64,000 bases of DNA from Deltaproteobacteria bacterium (GTDB lineage Bacteria > Myxococcota > Kuafuiibacteriia > Kuafuiibacteriales > Kuafuiibacteriaceae): the NCBI GenBank assembly GCA_040218735.1, contig JAVJQW010000012.1:320001-384000 (forward strand), written 5' to 3'. Positions 47,982 to 56,466 of the stretch are shown in pieces (the stretch's first letter is position 1; every line of letters begins with the position of its first letter). The position numbers and the translations under genes were made by a program. The notes under the pieces are model-generated. The model worked only from the letters and a program-made list of their open reading frames with translations, made no database searches and was not told the origin of the DNA.

Positions 47982-49427
47982 ATGAAGGTCGGCCCGCTCG
48001 GAAGTCTCCTCGCCGCAATCACCCTCGCCGCCGGACCGGCTACGGCGCAGGTCTGCGGGGACGGCGCGATCGACCCGAGCGAAGGCTGCGACGACGGGAA
48101 CACGACGCCGCAGGACGGCTGCGACGCGTCGTGTGTCGTCGAGCCCGGCTACACCTGCGTGCCGAGCCTGCACGCGTCCGGTGTGAACCCGGCGGGCGTC
48201 AACCTCCCCTCGGGGAGCACGGACCCGCACTGGGTCTGGTCGCTCTCCGCGAACCGCACCAACCCCACCCCCGGATACGTCGACCGGTATCCGGCGTGGG
48301 GGAGCCTCCCGCCCGGGAACTGGGTCACGAACGACGCGACGTTCGGGCAAAGCATCACCTCGCAGGCGGAGACGTTCTGGTTCCAGGACGTCTACATGCC
48401 GGCGGCCTTCGCGGGAACGCTCACGTTCGACGTGGCGGTCGCGGCCGACAACGCCGCCGAGGTGTTCGTCAACGGAACCAGCTACGGGTCGATGGTCGGC
48501 TTCGGCGCAGCGACCTCGATCCCCGTGCCGAGCAGTGCGTTCGTCGCGGGCGCCAACGTCGTGATGATTCGTTTGGTCGAGTACATCCCCGGGACGCCGC
48601 GCGGGATCCTCATGTACCCGGGCGGCGGCGGCATCTTGAGCCAGTGCGCGCTGGGCTGCGCGACGGCGCCGGACTGCGACGACGGCAACCCGTGCACCGT
48701 AGACAGCTGCCTGGCCGGCGCTTGCCTCACGGAGGTCGAGCCGCTCGGCACGACGTGTACCTCGACCGGCATCTGCAGCCACGCCGACCCGATCCCGTTC
48801 TGTGTGGGGTGCGTCGACCTCTACACGGTGACCTCGACGATCCCCGACCTCGGCTGCGACCTCCCAGCGCCGTTCTGCGACGAGTCGGGCGCGAGCCCGC
48901 TCTGCGTCGCGTGCATCGACACCTCGACGACGGGCACCTCGACGGTCCCGGACGTCGGCTGCGACGGAACGCTGCCGTTCTGCAACGAAGCCTCCGGTTC
49001 GCCGCTGTGTGTGGAGTGTGAAGACGACATGCACTGCCCGGGCGGGGCCGTCTGCCTCGGCGGGACGTGCGGCATGGCCCCCCTCCCCGACGCGGGGGTC
49101 GTCGACGCCGGCTTCGTCGACGCGGGCTCCCGCGACGCCGCCCTCCCCCACGACGGCGGCCCGCCGCGCGACGCGGGACCGCCGCGCGATGCGGGACCGC
49201 CGCGCGACGCAGGCCCGCCGCGCGACGCGGGACCGCCGCGCGACGCAGGCCCACCGCGCGACGCAGGCCCACCGCGCGACGCCGGCGACACGACGGATGA
49301 GATGACCGACGAAGCGGGATGCAGCTGCTCGAGCGCGCGGAGCGACGCGTCGTCACCCGCGTGGTGGCTCATCGCCCTCGGCGCGTTCGTGTCGCGCGCG
49401 CGGCGACGCGGCGCGCGGCGCAGGTAG
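47982..49427 (+). CDS. MYXO-CTERM surface protein with Cys-rich repeats and a lectin-like domain
   Basis: Signal peptide; CGDG..E.CDDGN...DGC...C repeat; AADN..VFVNG beta-sandwich; CDDGNPCTVDSC; PPRDAG x7; GCSC + TM + RRR. Confidence 0.85.
   Translation: MKVGPLGSLLAAITLAAGPATAQVCGDGAIDPSEGCDDGNTTPQDGCDASCVVEPGYTCVPSLHASGVNPAGVNLPSGSTDPHWVWSLSANRTNPTPGYVDRYPAWGSLPPGNWVTNDATFGQSITSQAETFWFQDVYMPAAFAGTLTFDVAVAADNAAEVFVNGTSYGSMVGFGAATSIPVPSSAFVAGANVVMIRLVEYIPGTPRGILMYPGGGGILSQCALGCATAPDCDDGNPCTVDSCLAGACLTEVEPLGTTCTSTGICSHADPIPFCVGCVDLYTVTSTIPDLGCDLPAPFCDESGASPLCVACIDTSTTGTSTVPDVGCDGTLPFCNEASGSPLCVECEDDMHCPGGAVCLGGTCGMAPLPDAGVVDAGFVDAGSRDAALPHDGGPPRDAGPPRDAGPPRDAGPPRDAGPPRDAGPPRDAGPPRDAGDTTDEMTDEAGCSCSSARSDASSPAWWLIALGAFVSRARRRGARRR
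49161..49286 (+). repeat. 18-bp tandem repeat x7 encoding PPRDAG
   Basis: ccgccgcgcgacgc(g/a)gg(a/c) repeated 7 times. Confidence 0.95.
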
Positions 49428-49431
49428 GCGA

Positions 49432-50625
49432 TTAGAAGACGCGGATCGGATCGGACTGGAAGTCGTAGATGCCGTTGCCGAACTGCGCGATGTCGGTCAG
49501 GCCCCATCCCCACACGGTCCCGTCCGACTTCAGCGCCAGCGCAAACGCAGTCCCCGCGACGATCCGCGTGACGTCGCTGAGCCCGGGGACCTGCGTCGGC
49601 GACAGCTGATTGGCCCCCGCGCTCGTCCCGAGCCCGAGCTGCCCCTGGGCGTTGTTCCCCCAAGTCCACACCGTTCCGTCGCTCGCGAGCGCGATGCTGA
49701 AGTCACGCCCCGCGTCGATGGCCATGACGTTCGAGAGGCCGGGCACCGCAGCGGGCGTCTCGACCTGCGAGGTCATGCCGCGACCGAGCTGCCCTTGTCC
49801 GTTGGTACCCCAGGCCCACACGGTCCCGTCGTCCTTCAGCACCAACGTGTGTGTGCCGCCGACCGCAACCGCGGTTGCAGCGTCGACGGACGCCAACACA
49901 CTCGGCGTCAGGACGTTCGGCGTCACCATGGCGTCGCCGAGCTGACCTGACTGATTCCCGCCCCAGGTGTAGACGGTGCCGTCGTCGGTCACGGCCGCGC
50001 TGTGTCCGCCGCCGGCGGCCGCGTCGAACGAGGCGACATTGCTCAACACCATCACCGCGGTGGGCACCGCCTGGTCCATCGTCGAGCCGATGCCGAGCTC
50101 CCCGCTCGTGTTGAAGCCCCACCCGAACGCGGCGCCGGACGCATCGATCCCGAGCGAGTGTCCTCCGCCCGACCGAACCACCGAGAGCGCCGGTCCCTGC
50201 ATCGCGGCGGCCCCGTACTGGCGCGGCGTCGCCACGGTCCCGATGCCGAGCCGCCCGTTACCGGCGAAACCAAACGCCTCGAAGCGCCCGTCATCGAACT
50301 TCACGAACGAGGTCGCGGACCCGGCCTCGACGTCCTGCGCACCGACGAGGTCGGGCACCACGGTGTACGCTTCGAGTGCGCCGGTGGTCTCCGGGAACCC
50401 GAGCTGCCCGTCGCTGTTGTTGCCCGCCGCGTAGACTTCACCCGCCGCGGTCACGAGGAGGCTGTGCTGCTCACCGGCGGCGAGCGCCACCACACTTCGG
50501 CTGGGCCCGCCGTCGCGCACCGTGGTGTCATCCCCCTCCGAGCCCGTCCCGGTACACCCCACGGCGAGGGCCAAGCTCACACTGATGACGCTGAGTCGGA
50601 CACATGAGAACACATTGTGTTGCAT
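49432..50625 (-). CDS. RCC1/BLIP-II repeat lipoprotein
   Basis: Lipobox AVGC; repeated DGTVWxWGxNxxGQLG; start reassigned to ATG 50625. Confidence 0.9.
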   Translation of the reverse strand: MQHNVFSCVRLSVISVSLALAVGCTGTGSEGDDTTVRDGGPSRSVVALAAGEQHSLLVTAAGEVYAAGNNSDGQLGFPETTGALEAYTVVPDLVGAQDVEAGSATSFVKFDDGRFEAFGFAGNGRLGIGTVATPRQYGAAAMQGPALSVVRSGGGHSLGIDASGAAFGWGFNTSGELGIGSTMDQAVPTAVMVLSNVASFDAAAGGGHSAAVTDDGTVYTWGGNQSGQLGDAMVTPNVLTPSVLASVDAATAVAVGGTHTLVLKDDGTVWAWGTNGQGQLGRGMTSQVETPAAVPGLSNVMAIDAGRDFSIALASDGTVWTWGNNAQGQLGLGTSAGANQLSPTQVPGLSDVTRIVAGTAFALALKSDGTVWGWGLTDIAQFGNGIYDFQSDPIRVF

Positions 50626-50677
50626 CGAGAGCAACACAGCAGCGTTTCGGCTCAGGCGCAACCCTGTGCGCCCCGTC

Positions 50678-53629
50678 TCAGATGTCGAGGTAACGGAGCC
50701 CGTCGAACCAGGCCTGCACCGTCTCCCGGATCCGCGGCGCCACGCCGTGCAGGCACGGGTGCACAGCCGCGAACATGCGGAACACCGACTGGCCGTCCAT
50801 GAGGCCCGCGAAGTCGCGGTCGCCGGGGTCCGGCTCGAGGCGGTCGTCGCGATCGTAGAACACCACATCGTCGAGCGCGGGCAGCGCCGCGGTCACGACG
50901 CCGAGCACGATCAACACCGGCGGCTCCTCGTGGGGCTCGAGGTAGTGCGACGCCCGGTACGCCTGCACGTACGGCGCGACGTACGCGTCGTCCATCAAGA
51001 CGTTCCAAAGCTCGCGCTCGCACCGACGCATCGCTTCGAAGGTCCCGCCGTACACGAGGTCGAAGTCGACCGCCGTCGAAGCACGCGTGAGCCGCGGTGC
51101 GTCCGCCGCGTCGAGGCCGTGGGTGTCGAAGAGCTCCGCGAGCCCATCCTCGCGGGACAGCCCCACCTCGGCGATTCGCCGCTGCGCGACCTTCCCCGCG
51201 TCCTCCTGCGGGAGCCCGCTCTCGGCGCCGAGGCGCTCTACCAACGGGACGACGGCGCGCCACGCGCGGCGCTCACGCTCCAAGCTCGCGGCATCGAGGC
51301 TCACCTCCCACGCTACAGTCCACGGGCGCGCCTGCAAGATGTCTTGCAAGGTCCTCGAGACCTTCGACGGGAGGAGTGGCTCGCGGTCCGGCTTCATGAG
51401 CCCCGCGACCTCACCGACGAAGCGGAACAGGTCCGAGTCGGTCAACCAGCGAAGCTCACCGCCGATGCGCTCCGACGCGACGCGGCCGTCCTCCAACGCC
51501 CCGCCATGATCGAGGACGTCGTGGATCGTGCGCGTCACGAGCTCGTCGAGCACACGCTTCTCCGTCGACTCGTAGAAGCGCATGTAGAACAGCACCCGGA
51601 GGGACAGGAGCGCCTCCGCGACGCGCCGGTGCCGCGCGGCGAACGCGAGCCGATTCTCGGACCCCACGGCGACGACCGCCGCGCTCGCGACGAGCTGCGC
51701 CACCGGGCGTGCGTCCGGCATCTGCAGGACGTCCTCCAGCGTGTTGATGTCACCGTCGCGCGCGGCGAGGTGCAGCGCGTCGCGCCACAGGTAGTCGAGG
51801 CGGTCCGCGTCGAGGGACGAGTCGATCACGTCCTGGAAGAAGCGCCACTCCGGCGGCATCGTCTCGTGCTCCGCCAGCCGCACCAAGAGGTGAAGCTTCT
51901 CCAGCACCGACGAGCGCAACCCACGACCGTCGCCGGGTCCGATGCGCTCCAGGACGTGCTCGATCAAGCGCCGGATGGGGTGGGTCTTCTTCGTGCGCGC
52001 GAGGCGGACCTGGCGATCGAGCTCCGTCTTGTCGAGGCGGCGCAGCGCGCTCTGCGAGTCCTCGGGCGTGGCGACCTGCGTCAGCATCCACGACATCGGA
52101 TCCAGCGAATGCCCGAGCGGCCCGTGGTAGCGGTCGTGCAGGAACGCGTACAGCAGCGTCGCGATGATCCACTCCCGGACCGTCCCGCGCTGGAGGTGAA
52201 CGACGCCCGGGCTGTTCGTCGCCATCGACGACAACAAACACGCGGCGACGTCGAGCGTCCCGAGGGTGTGCGCGAGGCGCGTGTGGCCTGCGCCCAACGC
52301 ACGCGTCAGGTTCGTCGTCGACAGCTGCCGAACGTAGTTGAGCCGGTACGACTCCGGCCAACGCGCCGTCCCGCGGATCGCCTCCGCGGTGGACGCAATG
52401 AAATCCGGAGCCTCGTCGAGCGCCTCGATGACCCACCCCGGCGACGGATAGTTCACGCCGGGCGTCAGCGCCTGCTGATCCAACAGCGCGCGCTCCTCGC
52501 TGCTCAGCGGCTCGCGCCAGTGCCAGTTCAGCTTGGTGAGGATCCCCGAGATCGCCTCCGTGCTCGGGACCGCGCCGCGCGACAGGTAGGCCTCGGTGAC
52601 GTCGCGGCCCGCGACGTGGTGCACCACCACCAGCGGATCCGTCGGCGGCGCCAAGCCGGGGGGCACCACCAGCTCGGGCGGAGGTTTGTCGACCGGCGGA
52701 TCGAGCCGCGGCCGCAGGTTCTCGGTGCGCTTGGGGCGCGGCGCGAGCATGTCCGTGAACGCACGTGTGAACGACCCGGCGGTCTCACACGCGTACATCG
52801 TCCAGTCGTGATCGCGCGTCAGCCCGACGACATCCGACAGCCCGCGGATCGAGACGAACGGATAGCTGTGCCCGCGTCGCCGCGCCGCCGCGTGCACCCC
52901 GGCGGACTCCATCTCCACCGCGTAGATGTCGCGCGCGTGGGTCAGCCACCGCTGAAGGATCCGCGGATCCTTGATGAGGTCGTCACTCGAAGCGATCGGC
53001 CCCGCGGTGAACACCGGGTTCCGCGTCCGCGCCGATTCGGATCCGAAGTGGCGCTGGATGGAGCTCTTGATCTTCGCCTTCCACTCCTCGTCGCCGTTGA
53101 GGAGCTCGTCGATGCGCCCGACGTCCACACCCGGCCGGGACCGCCCGATCCGCTCGGGCGCGTTCCAGTCTCCGAGCGCCGCGCGGTTCGCGGGGAGGTT
53201 CGCGATGAACGGTGCGAAGTCCTCGTGAATGGAGTCGCTGGTGATCGCGTACTGGTGGTCGTCACCCGGGGCGAGCGCACCGACGTTGAGGTCGTAGATC
53301 CGCGTCGAGACCACGACGTCGCCGAGTGTGTACTCCGGCGCGGGGATGGCGCCGGCGATGCCCACGAGGAGGATCCACCGGGGCTCGAGATCCTCGATGA
53401 CGTACGCGGTGATGCTCTGCGCCTCGTTCGTCGCCTGCTTGAGGCAACGGACGATCGCGACCCGGTACGTTCGGTGCGGCACCCCCGGCACGGGGACGTC
53501 CGCCACGTTGTACTCCCACAGCCCGGACCGGCTCTTGGTGGGGGGGTACCGACGGAGGACGGCGTCGAACTCCTCCTCCTTGATCGTGATGATCGCGAAG
53601 TCGACGCCGGACTGAACGCTCGCGCTCAA
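50678..53629 (-). CDS. PNP/MTA-SAH nucleosidase domain fused to SAMHD1/dGTPase-like HD phosphohydrolase
   Basis: N-terminal AIITIKEEE, LLVGIAG, LGDVVV, GPIASSD, VEMESAG, IRGLSD; HD domain RLNYVRQL, HTRLAHTLG, LHDRYHGPLGH, LDADRLDYLWRDA. Confidence 0.88.
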   Translation of the reverse strand: MSASVQSGVDFAIITIKEEEFDAVLRRYPPTKSRSGLWEYNVADVPVPGVPHRTYRVAIVRCLKQATNEAQSITAYVIEDLEPRWILLVGIAGAIPAPEYTLGDVVVSTRIYDLNVGALAPGDDHQYAITSDSIHEDFAPFIANLPANRAALGDWNAPERIGRSRPGVDVGRIDELLNGDEEWKAKIKSSIQRHFGSESARTRNPVFTAGPIASSDDLIKDPRILQRWLTHARDIYAVEMESAGVHAAARRRGHSYPFVSIRGLSDVVGLTRDHDWTMYACETAGSFTRAFTDMLAPRPKRTENLRPRLDPPVDKPPPELVVPPGLAPPTDPLVVVHHVAGRDVTEAYLSRGAVPSTEAISGILTKLNWHWREPLSSEERALLDQQALTPGVNYPSPGWVIEALDEAPDFIASTAEAIRGTARWPESYRLNYVRQLSTTNLTRALGAGHTRLAHTLGTLDVAACLLSSMATNSPGVVHLQRGTVREWIIATLLYAFLHDRYHGPLGHSLDPMSWMLTQVATPEDSQSALRRLDKTELDRQVRLARTKKTHPIRRLIEHVLERIGPGDGRGLRSSVLEKLHLLVRLAEHETMPPEWRFFQDVIDSSLDADRLDYLWRDALHLAARDGDINTLEDVLQMPDARPVAQLVASAAVVAVGSENRLAFAARHRRVAEALLSLRVLFYMRFYESTEKRVLDELVTRTIHDVLDHGGALEDGRVASERIGGELRWLTDSDLFRFVGEVAGLMKPDREPLLPSKVSRTLQDILQARPWTVAWEVSLDAASLERERRAWRAVVPLVERLGAESGLPQEDAGKVAQRRIAEVGLSREDGLAELFDTHGLDAADAPRLTRASTAVDFDLVYGGTFEAMRRCERELWNVLMDDAYVAPYVQAYRASHYLEPHEEPPVLIVLGVVTAALPALDDVVFYDRDDRLEPDPGDRDFAGLMDGQSVFRMFAAVHPCLHGVAPRIRETVQAWFDGLRYLDI

Positions 53630-53976
53630 ACGGGCGCCAGCATGTCACGGGCGATCGCGACGAGTCGCGAAAAAGGCGCCGGCAACGCGAGCTTCGCCGC
53701 GACCGGAGCGCCTCGCGTCGTCACCGACGCGTGCGGATTCTCCGTCCTCGCGATCATCCCGCGGCGCTCGAGCGTGCTCAGGTCGACGTCGAGATCGGCG
53801 GCGACCGATGCCGTCGTGCGCCCCTCGACCGTCCCGTAGAGTATCGTCCCGGTCTCGTCCTGGAAGCGCCCGAAGATGGACGCCAACAGCGGTTCGCTCA
53901 CCTGCCCAGACAGGTCGCGAACCGACCACAAGAGGCCGAGGAGAACCTGGTCGGTACGGGACGCATAAACGCTCAT
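53626..53976 (-). CDS. Small winged-helix-like protein coupled to the PNP-HD fusion
   Basis: TTGA overlap with the downstream start; purine-rich RBS (GAGGAGGAAAAGGA); DLSTLERRGMI...VTTRG wHTH-like pattern; alternative starts at 54000 and 54015. Confidence 0.7.
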   Translation of the reverse strand: MSVYASRTDQVLLGLLWSVRDLSGQVSEPLLASIFGRFQDETGTILYGTVEGRTTASVAADLDVDLSTLERRGMIARTENPHASVTTRGAPVAAKLALPAPFSRLVAIARDMLAPV

Positions 53977-54028
53977 CAAGCCGGTCCTTTTCCTCCTCAT
54001 CAAGCCAAACCCCACGTAGGCTTGTCAA
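53972..54028 (-). promoter_or_regulatory. Candidate promoter/operator of the wHTH-PNP-HD unit
   Basis: 11-bp direct repeat CTCATCAAGCC (53972-53982, 53996-54006); inverted pair CAAGCC-N12-GGCTTG; perfect TTGACA on the - strand at 54023-54028, but no good -10 box. Confidence 0.4.
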
Positions 54029-54031
54029 ATC

Positions 54032-54409
54032 GTGCGCAGCAAGCTGATCCGCGTGCACTCCGCCATCAACCCGTTCGAGGCCCAAATCGTGAAGTCCGCC
54101 CTGGAGCAGGCCGGCATCCGAACCACGCTGAAAAACGAGCTGTTGGCCCCGCTCGCGGGCGCCCTGCCCGCCCCCGAGGTCATGGCCGAGGTCTGGATCG
54201 CGGAGGAGGACGCGGACGCGGCGGCCGAGATCCTCGCGCCGATCCTGGAGCGACAAACCGGCGAGCTGTCGCTCCCGGGGACCGGCGGCGGCGAGCTGAG
54301 CCTGAACCCGGACGACGCTCCGGACCGCGTGTGTGCGAGCTGCAAGGAGACCAGCCCGGCGCACTTCGCCGAGTGCTGGCAGTGTCAGACGCCGTTCGAA
54401 GACCCGTAG
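54032..54409 (+). CDS. DUF2007 protein with C-terminal CxxC-CxxC zinc ribbon
   Basis: EAQIVKSALEQAGI..LKNE; CASCKETSPAHFAECWQC. Confidence 0.82.
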   Translation: MRSKLIRVHSAINPFEAQIVKSALEQAGIRTTLKNELLAPLAGALPAPEVMAEVWIAEEDADAAAEILAPILERQTGELSLPGTGGGELSLNPDDAPDRVCASCKETSPAHFAECWQCQTPFEDP

Positions 54410-54412
54410 ATA

Positions 54413-55069
54413 CTACGGCTCGACGATGTCGCTGTGTTTCTCTTCGAGCTTCTTCTGGATGTCCGCAGGGTAGCTCTTGATCTGGTTTCGGATCGTCTCC
54501 GCCGTGTTGATGCCCGTCTCCCCGAGCACCTTCCCGACGCCGTGTTTCTTCCGCAGCGCGTTGTAGCGATCCGACGCCGGTAGATCCGCCCACAGCGGAT
54601 CCGCCCGGAGGCGCTCCGGCATCCGACCGAGCCGCACCGGGATCTTCTCCGCGAGCGCGATGGCGTCGTCCGGCTTCTTCACCTCCAACAACACCGTCGC
54701 CTTCTCCGCGACCAGGTCCCAGTCCTCGGGTGCGATCTTCAACGCGCGATCCAGCGCCTCCATCGAGCTCTCCAGATCGCCGCTCGCGCGATGTGCGATC
54801 GATAGGTTCATCAGGAGCGCCGGCTGATTCGGATACTCCTCGTCGAGCTCCTTGAACCGCTTGATGGCTGCGTCGAGATTCCCGTCGCGCGCCGTCATGA
54901 TCGTCTGGCGCATCTTCTCGTTGAGCTGCCGGATCTCCGCTTCGTGTTTCTTCTTCTCGATCTCCACCTGGGCCTTCTGCCCAGACGCGAGCCCCAGGCT
55001 CGCCGCGTAGCCGATGACGCCGAGGACACCCCCGAGCCAGATCCAACCTACGATGCTGTTCGTTGCCAT
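54413..55069 (-). CDS. Membrane-anchored TPR protein
   Basis: N-terminal TM; TPR-like ALLMNLSIAHRASG...ALKIAP; DPLWADL tail. Confidence 0.75.
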   Translation of the reverse strand: MATNSIVGWIWLGGVLGVIGYAASLGLASGQKAQVEIEKKKHEAEIRQLNEKMRQTIMTARDGNLDAAIKRFKELDEEYPNQPALLMNLSIAHRASGDLESSMEALDRALKIAPEDWDLVAEKATVLLEVKKPDDAIALAEKIPVRLGRMPERLRADPLWADLPASDRYNALRKKHGVGKVLGETGINTAETIRNQIKSYPADIQKKLEEKHSDIVEP

Positions 55070-55071
55070 GC

Positions 55072-56466
55072 TCAGCCCTTTCGCTTCTCGTACTTGCCTA
55101 GTTTGTATCGAAATTGCCGAAAGGACACCCCGAGCAGCTCGGCCGCCTTCGTCTTCACGCCACCGGCCTTCTCCAACGCCGTCGAAATCAGCCGATATTC
55201 GAAGTCTTCCAGCATCCGTTCCAGATCGATGCCCTCGTCGGGAAACGGCGCATCCGTCGCTACGTTGAACACACGCGTGGGGACCGATTCGGCGGACGCG
55301 ATCTCGGAGGGCAGTTGGCGCAGCGTGAGCACCGGCCCCGTCGACAGCGCGACGGCCCGCTCGATGACGTTCTCGAGCTGCCGAATGTTCCCCGGATAGT
55401 GAAACGACAGCAGGCGCTCCAACGCCTGCGCGTCGATCGACTTCACGTCACGCTCGTACTCACGCGCGTACTTCTCGCGGAACGTCTCGGCGAGCAGCGG
55501 GATGTCTTCGCGACGCTGCCGCAGCGGCGGCAGATCGATCTGCACGACGTTCAAACGGAAGAAGAGATCCTCGCGGAAGCGGCCCGACGCCACCTCCTCC
55601 TCCAGGTCGCGGTTCGTCGCGCCGATGATGCGGACGTCGACGTCCGTCTCCTCCACCGCGCCGAGCGCCTTGACCTTCCGCTCCTGCAGCGCACGCAGCA
55701 ACTTCGGTTGCAGCGTCAGCGGGAGCTCACCGACCTCATCGAGGAACAACGTCCCGTTGCGCGCCGCCGCGAAGAGCCCTTCGCGATCCTCGTCGGCCCC
55801 GGTGAACGCACCCTTCTTGTGACCGAACAGCTCCGACTCGATCAGGTTCTCCGGGATCGCGCCGCAGTTCACCGCGATGAACGGCCCGGTGCGCTGCGCG
55901 CTCCCGTAGTGCAGCGCCTTCGCGATGCGCTCCTTGCCCGTCCCGCTCTCGCCGGTCACGAGCACCGTCGCCTTGAGCGACGCGACGCGATCCACGATGT
56001 CGAGCACCTCGCGCATCAGCGGGCTCTTCCCGACGATCCCACCGACACTGTATTTTTCGACGAGCTCGCGTCGCAGCTGCTCGTTCTCCGCCTGGAGCCG
56101 ACGTTTGTTCGTCGCCTGCGCCACGAGCACACGCATGTCCGCCGCGAAGTGCGGGCCCTTCTCCAGATAGAACGAAGCTCCCTCGGAGATCGCACGCTGC
56201 GCTCGCTCGCGCGTACCGAAGGCGGTCATCACGATCACCTCGGGCGGCGGTGTCATCCGGCGGGACGCGACGATGACGTCGATGCCGTCACCGTCCGGCT
56301 CGAGACGAAGGTCGGTGATGACGAGATCGAAGACCTCGCTCCCCATGTGCCGCACGGCCTCGTCGACGGAGGCCGCCAACGTCACCGCGTGGCCCTCTTT
56401 CGAGACGAGGACCTCGAGGACGTCACGAATCCCGCGCTCGTCGTCGACGATCAGCACGCGCCCCAT
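55072..56466 (-). CDS. pilR: Sigma54-dependent response regulator PilR
   Basis: REC domain, GESGTGKE, GAFTGA, PilR-type C-terminus GIDLERML..LLGVSFRQFRYKL; follows pilC-pilS. Confidence 0.9.
   Translation of the reverse strand: MGRVLIVDDERGIRDVLEVLVSKEGHAVTLAASVDEAVRHMGSEVFDLVITDLRLEPDGDGIDVIVASRRMTPPPEVIVMTAFGTRERAQRAISEGASFYLEKGPHFAADMRVLVAQATNKRRLQAENEQLRRELVEKYSVGGIVGKSPLMREVLDIVDRVASLKATVLVTGESGTGKERIAKALHYGSAQRTGPFIAVNCGAIPENLIESELFGHKKGAFTGADEDREGLFAAARNGTLFLDEVGELPLTLQPKLLRALQERKVKALGAVEETDVDVRIIGATNRDLEEEVASGRFREDLFFRLNVVQIDLPPLRQRREDIPLLAETFREKYAREYERDVKSIDAQALERLLSFHYPGNIRQLENVIERAVALSTGPVLTLRQLPSEIASAESVPTRVFNVATDAPFPDEGIDLERMLEDFEYRLISTALEKAGGVKTKAAELLGVSFRQFRYKLGKYEKRKG

Noticed and set aside
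49161-49286. Repeat array as possible CRISPR
   Set aside because: No spacers, in-frame coding PPRDAG repeat, and no cas genes
50522-53839. 1105-aa + strand ORF
   Set aside because: Antisense shadow of the PNP-HD fusion; no recognisable motifs
50630-54030. Mobile-element boundaries around the PNP-HD unit
   Set aside because: No integrase, transposase, tRNA or flanking direct repeats were seen, so it is not called a mobile element
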